DNA of 61,118 nucleotides, the filler included, from Platydemus manokwari (taxonomy: Eukaryota): the NCBI GenBank assembly GCA_037951405.1. It is 5 parts of 5 records of this genome, joined end to end, with 100 filler letters (N's around TTAATTAATTAA, not from the genome) between each part and the next. Parts side by side here need not be neighbours in the genome. Positions count along the whole stretch, not along the records: positions 1 to 21,721 come from JBBMOY011311426.1; positions 21,822 to 31,432 come from JBBMOY011225654.1; 3 more parts are not named here. One strand, 5' to 3'. Both the position numbers and the translations under genes were made by a program. This document shows positions 11,509-24,135 of this stretch, in pieces. The number at the start of each line of letters is the position of its first letter. Position 1 is the stretch's first letter. Below the pieces are notes generated by a model. That model had not been told where the DNA came from and did no database searches. It saw only the letters and a list, made by a program, of their open reading frames with translations.

Positions 11509-14500
11509 ATGAATATATTTATAGTGTGCTTCATCATCTTGCGAAACTTTTCAGCTAAAGGAGAAGTAAGGCTGAAAATAGACCAAATTTCACAATTTCC
11601 AATTACTACAAGTAGACCTTTTGAGATTTTTATGGTTTCAGATGAACCGAATGGGAAAATTGTTAATGCATTAACTGATATGATGATTATACAGATCAGT
11701 GAATATGGTACAAAGAAAGAAAGAGCAATTTTCGATTATGGATTCAAGGATATGATCGATCAAGAATTCAAGGGTGACTATATGCGAATCCCTTTATGGC
11801 AAAAAAGCAATAATAATGAAGCAATAAATGTCACAATTATCTTTACGAGATTGGCAAATAACAAAATTTTGGAAATTTTTACGATGTCACCACCTCCATC
11901 TGAACGCCGGAAGCTCCTAGATTCTCTACAATCAGCCATTGCGATTTATGAAGAAAAAATACAATTACTCATTCCACCTAAAATAGATTTGAGTATTCAA
12001 ACTCAGGATGGACACAAAAGGGAATTAATGCTCGACCAACCTGGTATAGCATTATGTAGGGGTTACGATGGTGTCCCAAACCCGAAACCGTTCTGGGTGA
12101 ATCTTGATGACTTCAAAATTAAAGAAGAAACTTATAATCAAGAAAAGAATGAAATAGTGGCCCATATTAATGTGCATGTGAGGGATCATTTAAAAGTGTT
12201 ACGATGTCAAGCAGGAGCAACAAACGATAGTGTCAAGATCAAAGTCCTTCGTGAGTTATTCCTATGATTGATTGATTCAAATTTAACTGTCAATCGATAT
12301 TTGTAGATCAACCTTCACAAATCACTCTCGAACCTGAAGTAGGTCTCATGGTTGAGAATGGTAGTACGGTGGTGTGTGTCGCTGTTGATGGGTATCCTTA
12401 TCCAGAAATACGTTGGCACTTGGTAAGAGGACCTCCAAATGCATCTCGCTTTTTCAATATCAGCAAAGACGGAAAGAAACTGCATTTGATGCCCGAAGTT
12501 CCTCATAATTCCGAATGGACATTCAATTGTACGGCGACCAATATGCTGCCCAGTTACACTGGCATCTTCAACAGGACCGTGTCATTCACAGTGGGCCGTA
12601 TGTTTTTTGAAAAATATTTTATTGGATTGAAATCATAACACATTAATTGCCCAAAATCTTATTTATAATTCAATCTATAAACAGCAGACCACCAAACCTA
12701 CTATAAGTCACATCATGATGCACCTCTGTTTATAATTATTTGGACTTTCTATCATCAGAATAATCATTCCAAATGATTATTGATTAATAAATAACAAGTG
12801 GTCATCATTGTAAACAATCAGCCATGTATTTACATTTGTTCAGATTAAGAGGCTTGCTTATCGAAACATTGACAATGTCAAGAGAAATAATTGGCCAATA
12901 AATCATTTTCGTTGTCCTTTTTACTCATCAGTATCCAATAACAACTCGATTCGACTATTTCATAATTAGCTCACAAATGTATTCTCAAATACGTTTATTT
13001 CATTCATGGCTTATCTATAGCTATGGATACTATTTAGCTTCTTATCAGCTGGTATTTCACTTTATTAATCTTCACTGTTAGTTGCTAACACTTCTTTGTT
13101 TTTATGTTGGACTCAAAAGTCATAATTATTAACGAGCAAAAATAAATATTTTTATATTACATATTTTCCAAAAAAATATTCTTCTTCTTATTATTATTTA
13201 ACTAATTTGTTAATTATTTTTTAACATATTTTTTGAGAGGTTGCATTAATGGTTTGAGCAAGATAAATAAAAATATTAAATATTTTTAATATAATCAATT
13301 AAAAATACATTTTTCTCTGAAAATCATGTGTATATCCAGGCTGCTTAGATAATTTAGCCATGTTTGGCATTGTGGAGCTATGGGATTCTTTGTCTTCAGC
13401 ATGAATGAGATTGCTTTATGATCAGTTCTTAGTGTGAATCTTTTCCCGTACAAATAGTGATTGAAATTCTGACCAAAGTAATATATTGTTAATAATTCCT
13501 TCCTTGTGATACAATATCCTTTGTCATGTTTGCTCATTGCTTGGGACTCTTTCATTTCCTTGGTTATCTCTTTGCAATAATACTGCTCCTATTGTGCCGA
13601 AACTTGCGTCGGTATCTAGGATGAAATCCTTGTTATAATCAGGGAATGACAAGATCGGTGCTTCTGTGAACGCTTTTTTCATGTATTCGAATGCATTGCT
13701 GCATGCTTCATTCAAATACGTTTTTCATTATTTTTACCACACAATTCTTTCAGTGCTCTTTTTTTGAGTATTCCTTTATAAAACCCCTGTAATATCCACA
13801 AATTCCAAGAAAGCTTGTCGAAAATCAAGGCATAATCTTATTTCCTTTCTATCTTTTTTTCCATATACACAAAAATGGCGTATTCCACGCTGAATTGCAT
13901 TTTCTTATAATGTTATTTTCTCTTAAATTCTTGATTGTCTCTTCTATCTTTGCTTCTAAATTTGCCGTTTGTCTCCGAGGTTTGATATTTATGGGACTCC
14001 CATTTGTTACAATCATATGTTTTACTAACTTTGTACTACCGATGTCCCAATGGTCAGCCATGAATACGTTACTATTCGCTATTAATATTCCCCATAAACG
14101 AGATCCTTCTTTCACCGCAAGATATACTTTTGTTTTTTTGAATATATTTTCATCGGTTATATTCCTACCAAATCTCACTATTATTTCACAGATGGAGGTG
14201 TTTAATTCTGTTTCTTTGTGCTTATAGTGCTTTTTCCATTGTAATTCTAATCCACATTCTTCTTGAAACTCTATTCCGCCTATAATCTTCGGTTTCATGT
14301 GCTCAACTATTATGAATGATATCATCTTAGACTGACTTCCTAACCTGATTTTTATTCTTATTCTACCAAGAACCTCTAATCTACTTTCGTTGGCACATCG
14401 TAAACTTTCACTTGTATTTGACTTCTACTTGTTCGACTGTCTCTAACATCGTCTTATCCATGACATTTACTCTTGCGCCAGTGTCTAACAAGCATTCAAA

Positions 14501-17500
14501 TTCCTTATTCTCTATTTTTATAGTTATTCTCAGTCTCCCTTGCATTTTATCATAAGAAACCTGGGGAAGCTTTAACTCCTTGATCGTTAATATTCTTACT
14601 ACTACTTTCTTGTCTCCTTGTATTTCTACCACATTGTCAGTCGTCTCTTTCTTTATAAATTTTACAACTTTCCATTGTACTCTCTATTCTGATTCTATAT
14701 TATCGTTATTACCGGTTACAATTTGTTTTTCTACTTTCCAATTTGTTTTGTTCTGGGCAATGTCTCGCTTGTTTATTTTAGTTTTTATTTTGTTTATTTT
14801 ATATCAATTACTTATATGATAAATATCAATATGACTAATCATACTCTTGCTAAAACTTAAATTTACTGTTTAGTGTGTTGCCACGACACACTCTCTGGAA
14901 GTCGGCGCGTTCTATTTTGGGTGTTCTTCGTTGTATTCTGAATCCGATTCTTGTTCGACCCTTGCTACTTGTCTATTATTTCGGTTCACCATTCTGTAAT
15001 TTTGTCCATTGAAACTCTGTCTGTTTACATTTTTTCTATTGAAACTCTGTCTGTGATCAAACCTTCGCTGGATTAATGATGTCTCTTGCTTCTAGTTGGA
15101 CCTTTATTGTCCGAATCTGTCTAGATTTGTATAACATTCACTCTCGCGATGTCCTTTATGCCATTTATGCACTTTATGACATTTTTTTTCTCGCCATGTG
15201 ACCTAATCGGTGACAGGTGTAGCACGTCTCGACTTTCTCGTTTTATAATTTCCTGCTATATGCCCTGGTTTTGGTCAATTATAGCACGGCCTATTATCTA
15301 CCTTTCTTTCCAGAGGCCTAGGTTTCTGTTGTGCTCTGACTATCGTGGTCCATTCTCATTCTCCCACCGAGTTTACTTCTCATTCTTTACTTCTTACTTC
15401 ATCTAGTTTTTTAACGGTTTTTTAAATTTGATCCACTTCCTCAATATCCCTCATTTTAATTTCTTTCTCTAACTACACATTATCTGCACAATGCACCAAG
15501 AGAAAAGCCGTTAGCTCCTTTTTAGTTGTTTTGTCAGACCATGTCTTCCACCAGTTTATTTACCTTTTAAAATACACGTCCGTCGTGGAGCGGCCATCCA
15601 TCCAATCCTGAGCAAAGCATTTCTTTTGGCCAAACGCTTTCCTTAGCCTGTCTTCGTACCCCATTTTGGCGTATGTTGCCTCAAATTGCTCTACTAAGCC
15701 GTCGTCCAATCGTGCTAATACGATAATGTATTGGACGTGCTTTGGGATTTTCCCAGCCTCGAAATATCGATTACACTTTTTAATGAAGTGTACGACGTTA
15801 TCCCCCATTTTTAATATGTCTGGCAACAGCGAACCTAGGATTGCAACCACGTGCATGGTCGCCATGTTAGTTGCTAATACTTCGTTTTGTATGTTGGATT
15901 TAAAACCCATAATTATTAACGGGCAAAAAAAATTTTTTATATTACATATTTTCCAAAAAAATATTTTCTTATTTATAGCCTTCTTTAAAGATTCAAATTG
16001 CCATTAATATAAACATTATTTTTTGACATGATATGAACAGGATTATTTATATATAATATTACATAATATTAATATTACCAATAATGATAATAATAATAGA
16101 AATATTGAAAATTCTCTGCAAAACAAATTTCAATGATTCAGCGAATAAAATAATCAAGGAAGTCTGAAATCCAAATATAGATCGAAATCAGAATTATGCC
16201 AAACTATAATCTATCGCATATTGTACTGACCCAGTCCCAATAATATGAAGTATTTACAATAAATCGTGTCAGTGTGTTCAGATCTTATTATTTAACTTTG
16301 ATGGATAAATTAATTGATATCTTTTTCATTCAGGTCAACAAGAAGGTTTATTTGGACTTAGTAGGTGTCGTCGTGTTCTTCTTTGTTTGTGTTTGTGCCT
16401 CTGCGAGTGTATGACTGCTTTTGTAGTGGTGTTTGTGTGCCTGTGGTAGGATGTGTGATTAGACACTTGACTGTTTTAACCTGTGCACTTCTTTCGGTGC
16501 TATGTCTATGATGCTTGTGACGAATGATGTCTGTTGATTCATCATAATATTGTTTTGCTTTGATCATTAAAATAGTTATTTCATCTCTTTTGATGTTGAT
16601 GCCATGCTTGTGATTTATGGGATTGATCGATATTGAGAATATCACATTTCTCGTTTTCGTTAAGATCTAAATTTTCAAATCATGATCGGCGTTGTAGTCC
16701 TGGGTGCAATCATACTTTTCCGTACCATGATTGTATTCATTGTTTGCATTGCTCGACGCAGCTTTATTGGACATTTGGAATCTCGCAACCATCGTAGAAA
16801 CGGGTAAAATTAATTGATTTTGTAATAAAAAACTTTTTTGTTTGATTTCAGTCAAACTGCATCAGAAGAAAAGGTGGTTTTGTATTCATTTACTAAGTGA
16901 TTTTGCTTCGAATGTGTTGCATTTGTTTTAAAACAACAATAATCATAAATTGTTATTATTTGATTTGATAATATTATATTTATATTTATACAAACATTAT
17001 TTTCAATGCAATTAAATTTCGATTATAATTTTGATTCTAATAATAAATATTTTTTCAGATAAAGAAAGGAAATGGATTCAAAGTTACCTTGATAAAGGTA
17101 TAGGCCGAAATAGTGTTATATCTTCAATAATTAGTTTTTTTTAATTGCTATTATTATTAATAATAAAGTAAATTTTTTTAATTACTAAAATGTCATTATA
17201 AATTTGCAAATAAAGTTAGCTTGATTCCAAGTAATTCTGATTAAATAAATTATTACGAGATGTATTTATCAGACATAATGATGAAAATTACTGTTAATAT
17301 TTAAAAATCACAGACATTTCGAATCGATTTTGAAGAATTATTTCACTTGTACCGAATCAGAAAAGTACATTAAGCGATTGTTTATTTTTACATTTTCAAT
17401 AAACAATTGCAACAGTGAGAAAATATATTTCATTTCTTATCACATCAATTTTAACCAATTGTCATTGGACTTTATCATAAATTTTGGCTTTACATAGCCA

Positions 17501-18173
17501 CTGTTGATGGACTTAGAAATTGTTTCCCAGTCAAATACGATTGTTGATTGAACATGTCATAATAATGGCATGTAAATTTTATATCATGCATCAGATTAAA
17601 AACAATGATTTTTATCAATCTGCTAAACATTCATTTTTGCTTGTTCTTTGAAAAATGATTGTGTTTGATTTATGATTGGTTCGATTTGGGATGTATTGTT
17701 GGTATGTTTTAAATAATTTTCAAATAGCGATTATGTTCAGAGTAAAAATTGATTGTAACAACAAATCATTTCCAAATTTTATATTTTAGACTTTGGAAGC
17801 CGAACAGGTGACACTGTTGCCACCTGGAGCTCCTCAAAACCATCTAGACATGGTTAACAATGGGACAGGTTTGCCGCCACCACCACATGAATATCAATTA
17901 ATTATAGACAACGAAATTAAATCCGTAATTCCACTGGACCAACAAGTCTTTTTATACAATACAATAGCATTAATATAGAATGACTAGGTTATCAACGAAA
18001 CGTATCCAGAAGTAACTTATGCAGAACTGAATACGTCTGATCTGCCGATGAAAGAGAACAAGTGTCTCAAAGCGAACAATAACGACGACCAAGTAATATA
18101 CTCGCAGATCATAGGTACGATGTCTACTCCAGATTGCGGGCAGCGAGGATACATGGATTCAGATAATGTCTGA
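11509..18173 (+). CDS. Ig-superfamily type I membrane receptor with cytoplasmic tandem ITIM-like motifs. Proposed exons: 11509-12250, 12307-12597, 16334-16360, 16665-16803, 16852-16873, 17059-17097, 17790-17924, 17988-18173
   Basis: Signal peptide MNIFIVCFIILRNFSAKG; Ig-like C..G.P.P...W...C motifs (CRGYDGVPNPKPFW...C and CVAVDGYPYPEIRW...FNCTATN); all proposed junctions are GT-AG and phase-compatible; TM IMIGVVVLGAIILFRTMIVFIVCIA followed by RR; tail has VTYAEL and VIYSQI. The first two exons are solid; the micro-exons are tentative. Confidence 0.7.
13076..15975 (-). mobile_element. Decayed, internally deleted Ty3/Gypsy LTR retrotransposon in intron 2 of the Ig receptor
   Basis: Direct repeats ~13076-13190 and ~15865-15975 both end ...AACA on the minus strand. 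PBS TGGCGACCATG lies right after the 5' LTR (15854-15864). Gag fragment 15560-15910, CCHC knuckle CYTCHRLGH (~15195-15225), protease LLDTGA (14408-14632), RT start (CNSAWNTP), FLGICGYY thumb motif, RNase H (DTDASFGTIGAVL, RTDHKA). RT YxDD core and integrase not seen. Confidence 0.92.
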
Positions 18174-18618
18174 GCTGGAAGAAGAGAATGCAGCATTGAA
18201 GATTTTATGAATTGTTTTCTTGTCGAATATCTATTATTTTAATACCATGACTATACAATAATCTTTTATTCGAGTAGAACTTTTATATTTAGTCATCGAT
18301 GTTGTGCGTGTGTGTGCGAGTGTGGTCATTCATTTTGTGTACGAATTTTGTTCTTTTCTCTGTTAATTTTTAGTTTTTATTATTCTCTATTTGTGTGCTT
18401 CTATAGTTTGTATATATTCGAGCACTGGATCAATTGATCTCAACGCCATTGTGATATGGAATGAATTTTGTAATTTATTTTTATTTATTTAATATATGAC
18501 TCCTAGCATAACCGATTGCAGGATAATTTTTATTGTGTGCACGTCTTTGACATATATTTGTGCGTTTGTCTATTTGATGCATATTAGCGTGTATGTTTGT
18601 GTGTTGAATGGGTGAATC

Positions 18619-19761
18619 TTATTTCAACGAAATAACAGATTCGAAAATACTTTTGTTTTCCATTTTGGATGCTTTTTTGGAAGAAAAAGATATCACCTTG
18701 TTTAAAACAGATTTTCTTTGTTTGTATTGAATCTCTTCGGTCAAATCACTGTCCCAGACGTCGGATGAGAATGTTCTTGATGATTTATTTGCAGATAACG
18801 AAACAAATCGTTTGGATTCTGATGACTCTGTCAATCGACGACTGAATCGCAAAAACAGCTTCCTGAATCGAGAGTCAGTTCTGAAAAGAATATAAAATAT
18901 AAATAGGACTGAAGTGTATTGACCAATGTCAGCTATCATTCCAATTATATATAAAATGATATAGTCATTATCATCAATTCGTTTAGCCATGAACACTATG
19001 ATAGGTGTTGCCATTAAAATAAAGATTCCATTGATAAATATCGCTAAATTTTTCAGTTTCCTTGATCGTGAACCCACTTTCTTGGTAAGCTTTCGAAATT
19101 GAATCGTTGTGAAAACTGATGTAATCCATGGAACAAAGAAATGAAAAATCCCATTTATAACGAGAATTAAAATTGTGTGTAGTCGGGTTGTACCAATAAT
19201 TAGAATTTGACCGACTTCTTCACACCAGACAGTTCGAATATTGTATAACATTACGATGTTTAACACCAATATAATAAGTACCATACATGTACAAATGGCG
19301 TGAATAATATTTTTATTTATTCTTTGGAAAGGCTTCATCAACCTAATCAAATTCAAAACTGACAACCCTGATAACATATAGAAAAACGAAGCATTGATAG
19401 AGATGTATATATAGAATAATATGTTGTAGCAATAAACAACGAATGACATAAATTGAATCGCCATTCCTGATCCAAACAATATCAAAAATTGAATTTCATA
19501 GAAACTCACATTAATAAATACTTTAAGTAATTGAATATATAAAATCCAAAAATAAATCGTGTAGAACGTGCCAGACACATTGATCCGATACATTGACGCA
19601 AGAGTGATCAAAGCTAGTAAAAACATGACATTGGATATAATATTCATGATCAAATAAATGATTGTAAATTTCACAAGCCATAATTTTGAGCTCAGTAAAT
19701 GGTTTCCTTTTACTGTACAGTTATTAACTTTCTCAATGATAAAATCAAGATAGGAAACCAT
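18619..19761 (-). CDS. Intronless 7TM protein, probably a divergent rhodopsin-class GPCR, 380 aa
   Basis: About seven hydrophobic segments, TM3-end LIRL (degenerate DRY position), extracellular-loop Cys (VWCEE), TM5 FFVPW, TM6 ATP, TM7-helix 8 FYILFRTDSRFRK, Ser-rich tail. Confidence 0.7.
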   Translation of the reverse strand: MVSYLDFIIEKVNNCTVKGNHLLSSKLWLVKFTIIYLIMNIISNVMFLLALITLASMYRINVSGTFYTIYFWILYIQLLKVFINVSFYEIQFLILFGSGMAIQFMSFVVYCYNILFYIYISINASFFYMLSGLSVLNLIRLMKPFQRINKNIIHAICTCMVLIILVLNIVMLYNIRTVWCEEVGQILIIGTTRLHTILILVINGIFHFFVPWITSVFTTIQFRKLTKKVGSRSRKLKNLAIFINGIFILMATPIIVFMAKRIDDNDYIILYIIGMIADIGQYTSVLFIFYILFRTDSRFRKLFLRFSRRLTESSESKRFVSLSANKSSRTFSSDVWDSDLTEEIQYKQRKSVLNKVISFSSKKASKMENKSIFESVISLK

Positions 19762-21320
19762 TATAATTTTTTTTAATAAATCGTTAGAATGTCAATAAGT
19801 AATTATTATATTTATCTGATAAAATTCATCTTAAACTATTTACCAACAGATGCCAAATGCGAGTATCTGGTTTTTTAAAAATCTAATGGTATACATCAAA
19901 TATAACATGTTACAAATGTGTCTTAATTAATTTACTGTATGAAATATAAACATATTGTAAACTATACTATATATCAAATCTACTTTAAAAATCTACAATT
20001 TTAATATTAGAAGTGCATCTATTGTGTCAGTATTCAGATAATTTTTGGTCCTAAAAGTCAGAAAGAGTTCAGTGGATATTGGGAAGATAAATGTTACCAA
20101 AATGCTTATCGTGGATGAAATATTAGTAAATCATCAATATTCATTAACCATTGAATCTAACTAAATTGAGTATTTTCCTTAAAAATGAAAGTGTTTAGAT
20201 AACCTTATAAAATCCATAAATACTTAATAGTTAAAATTTATTAATTAGCGATTATTTATTTCTTCATTAAAATTAGTTACACTCCAAATAAATAGTCAAA
20301 GCACCTTAATAATCTACTAATATCAGAACCCAATATTTAGGTAAGAGCTGTCATCCTATCAAAATTAATCAAACAATATATATGTTCCGAATTTGTATAA
20401 GCGTACTAATAGTAATAAGTGCGTAAAATATAAATTTCTATTTAATTATTAATTTCTTCAATAACAAAACAAATCTATATTTAAAAAGCAAAAATCTATA
20501 CACAAATTCTCTTTTAATGCAATTAATTACAATTTATCTTTGATTTTATTTTTCTTCTATTTTAATAGTAAAAACGCCATTCAATTCCTTAAGAATTTAT
20601 TATTTTGAAAAACATACATTAATCAGAATATTTAAAGAAATGGAATATCTAAGATTTATCTAACTCTAATATTTTTATATTAATTTCATTTTTCAGGATG
20701 AAATATTATAGTTAGCTTTAGTTAAGAAAATAGTATTTGAATTTAGAAATCTTTTAGAATTGAAATAACCAAATTTTGTTATCATTAAGCATGGTCGCAA
20801 TAGTCAAAATTAAATAGTCAAAATTTTGAGTAGTAATAACTGAAAAACAGAAATCACGTGACTAAAAAGTTAAGTGGTTAAAATATAACCCTTTGTGACA
20901 AGAAGAAAAATATTACACAATTAAATAAAAAATTGCGTGATTATAAATAAAATATTGCATGATAAAGCCATCAAGAACAGCCATTAGAGTTAAAGGAAAA
21001 AGTTTTAATCAGAAATCAACTCAAGATAAATTAGTTTACAGGAAATATAGGAAGCGATTAATATAGCTAGTTCGATCATTTATTAAACTAGAACTTGGGA
21101 AGACACTAACTTAATAGTTAAGAAACTAGCAAACAATTTCCGATAATCAATTTACTAAATTCCTTGTTGCCATTTCCCGCAAGGTCAGGAGTACGGTTTG
21201 CCAATTTTAAATAAAAATTTTGTTTCAATAATTTTGAACTGTCTAATGCAAAATAACTTCTCTTTAAAATCCATTTTTCAATATTTTACATTCATGCGTA
21301 CCTATACAATCATTCAGACG

Positions 21321-21579
21321 TGTTAACAGACCAATCAGAATTAGGACGTAACGTAGATTACAATTTAACAAACACATGTAGACACATACATACAGGCTCA
21401 TTTAAAATAAATGAATGACTAGAAATGGGACCTGAGAAATCAAGTTCTTGACTATAAATGTCGCAACAAACATAGCTTATTGTCAGTTGACGATAATTGA
21501 AAAGGAAAGCTCTATCAGCGCTAAGTAGAACTATTATTTATCAATAAATATTTATTATTAACTTTTCCCGCATTCTACA
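21321..21579 (+). mobile_element. Candidate solo LTR
   Basis: TGTTAACA...TCTACA termini with an internal TATAAA (~21453) and AATAAA (~21543). No TSD seen. Confidence 0.35.
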
Positions 21580-21721
21580 CTGCTGTGTATAGGGGCAGAA
21601 GGAAATGTCATTATTGTGCGTAAAATGATTGAAAAAGATTGCCATTTGTGGGGAACTAACCAGGCCATTTTGAGCCAACCAAACTAACTAAAAATAAGAA
21701 TAAATTAATATAAATTTTTTT

Positions 21722-21821
21722 NNNNNNNNNNNNNNNNNNNNNNNNNNNNNNNNNNNNNNNNNNNNTTAATTAATTAANNNNNNNNNNNNNNNNNNNNNNN
21801 NNNNNNNNNNNNNNNNNNNNN
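21722..21821. other. Assembly linker N44-TTAATTAATTAA-N44 (also 31433-31532, 41607-41706, 52066-52165)
   Basis: Identical 100-nt structure four times; TTAATTAATTAA gives stops in all six frames, so it is an artificial contig separator. Confidence 0.97.
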
Positions 21822-22780
21822 TATGTGTGTGTGTGTGTGTTAAATACAACTACAATATGTATTCACAACACAGCGGTAAACCACAATGCAAGAAAGGTGC
21901 ACCAAATATCCTACCCAGTATTGATAAGTAGAAATAAATAATTAGACAGCCTGTAAGGAAACTTTTTGTTGGAGCTCTGATTCGATTAACAAACCTTTAC
22001 CTTCTCAATCTATTTGAATAAATGTAGTTTGTTGACCATGATGATAAATGAATCCTGATTATTATTGTGTTTCAAATCAGAAGACAAAAAATGTATTTAT
22101 TTCATTTCTGATAACAAATTCACATTATAAATATGGAATTACCGAAATGTAAAAGCAATTAAGTAAATGTTTGAAGTAATTAAAATAAGTTTATTTCCTG
22201 ACGATGCATAGCAACCATGTTGTGGAGTGAGAATGTGATGACGTAAATCTTGTAGAGGTATTGAAGCATGTCAGATAAATTAAAAATCAATATTTAATTT
22301 GAAAAAGAAAAGAAAAAAAATATAAATTTTGATTTGAAACATGAATGAAGATAATCTAAGAAATCAATAAATAAATCAGTTTTAATTTGTCAATATAATT
22401 CCAATAAATCTCCTTGTAAAACACCATGTGGCGATTCTATATCATGAAATATCGATTTCCTGAAATAATTGACATATACTGTTAACGGGGATTAGTGGAT
22501 ATAAATAAATTTCTAGTTTCTTAAACGTCATGCCCAGTCTATATTTAGTTTCATTCATATTGAATGAAATATTATCTTTATTACATCCTACAATATTTAT
22601 TGTACTTTTAATGCGATCATTGATAAATATTTTACATTTTCCCAGTAGAAATCTTTTAATTTGTCTCATTGAAACATTTATTTTTTAAACAATGAGAATA
22701 TGAGAGCCAAAAAAAATATTTTATCTTTGTTTTTTATTTCATAGAAATTGTTCCAAAAATGATCATATTTAAATCTTCAG

Positions 22781-23025
22781 AACTTCTTCATCTGTATCGA
22801 GATGTTCATAGCTGCTATAGCTCATCATTTTTCATTCTCTGTTGCTCCATATCGACTTGAAGAAAACCAGGGTCAACCGAAATGTTGTTATTCTTGCCTA
22901 GCTATGTGTGATGTATCGGATGTTAAGAGAGACATGGTAGATCATGTAAAACATGTCGGTAAGAACTCTTCAATATTAATATTAATTATTATTAATAATT
23001 ATCGTTATTATTATAATATTATTAA

Positions 23026-23082
<57 letters not shown>

Positions 23083-23586
23083 TTTCAAAATAAACAAATT
23101 TCAGGTAATGCTGTAAAATCGAAACTCCAATTTCATAATGTTGGTGGACCAAGTTTATTTCCCCGACAAAATGAAGCTACTCCATTGATTACCGGAGATT
23201 ACCATTCGGATTCGGATGTATCCAGATATTCTGATACTGAATCTCGCTCAAAAAATATTCAAAAAGATAACGTTATAAGGAATTCTATTGTTCGACGAGT
23301 ATCGATTGAAAGTATTGGATCTGGATCGTCCTTAAACGAAGCACCAGGAGAAGGTCACCTCAGCGTTTCAGGTTCCAGAAATGTGTACGTGGGTAGTAGA
23401 GCCAGTTTAAACAATCATTTGATGACCAGCCATTCGTCTGCAGCCACTTTGGTTCCTTTGAAAGAAGGAACCACTGAAACATCTGACATTGAAGTGTCGC
23501 ACAACTCAAACACATCAGAAGTCTTAAATGTGCCAGATAAAATAATCATTCCAAGCTCCCCAAGTCACTCCATCAATACTGCATAA
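22781..23586 (+). CDS. TMEM184: 3' exons of a TMEM184 (OST-alpha family) transporter, TMEM184C-like. Exons 22781-22958 and 23105-23586; 5' exons not located
   Basis: NFFICIEMFIAAIAHHFSFS matches the conserved TMEM184 QxFxICIEMFxAAIAHxYxF segment, followed by DVSDVKRD. A phase-1 GT-AG intron contains a TTA microsatellite. Confidence 0.85.
23030..23082. repeat. (TTA)n microsatellite, intronic
   Basis: Direct reading. Similar (TTA)n at ~31357-31430 and an AAT-rich run at ~9285-9370. Confidence 0.95.
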
Positions 23587-23680
23587 AAATGTTAAACTCA
23601 CCTCGTGTTGTTCAACTCTATGCATTTCTTTATTTATGAGACTCTTTCCAAATTATAAACACTCAATATATGAAACTCGA

Positions 23681-24135
23681 TCAGTTGTTCTGGCATCTGT
23701 CACCGTAATTGTCTTTCGAAAATTGATTCCAAATGTTGTCATTTTGGTGTATGGGAACAAACATTAACCGTAGCAACAATATTTTCAATAGCGACTGTGG
23801 TCTGTTTGGTATGAAATCAACCACCAATTTTATATTGGCAGCTTTGATGACAGTGAGAGCTTCTGTAAACACGGTCTCTAAATCGGTAGCATTGATGAAT
23901 TATTTTTTATTTATGATGATGGCCATTATTTCCAACAAATCCAAATATATCTGTTTGTATAAATATGAGAATATATGCGTTCTATGGTTATCAGAAAATA
24001 CATTGGACACCTTCGACCTTAAATTCGATGTATGACTGTTGTCATAAACGATTTTTTTCATAATGAAATGTAATTATAGGATAAAAATAATAATGATAAC
24101 TATTAACCAATGAAAACGTATATTATCTCGCATTT
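23681..24135 (-). pseudogene. Possible pseudogene of an SLC3/GH13 (4F2hc/rBAT-like) type II membrane protein
   Basis: One frame with two internal TAA stops reads hydrophobic WLIVIIIIFIL, then about 70 aa, then IKAANIKLVVDFIPN, which resembles GH13 region I (IKLILDFxPN). Confidence 0.3.

Noticed and set aside
13895-16007. Hydrophobic plus-strand ORFs inside the Gypsy element
   Set aside because: Antisense shadows of A-rich gag-pol sequence.
16358-16855. Minus-strand ORFs of 95 and 62 aa
   Set aside because: Antisense to GT-rich intron sequence and to the TM exon of the Ig receptor.
22390-22440. Minus-strand GVLQGD, resembling a LINE RT motif
   Set aside because: Single short motif with no adjoining RT motifs recognisable.
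22959-23116. Poly-Leu 'TM helix' at the end of ORF 22802-23116
   Set aside because: Translation of an intronic TTA microsatellite.
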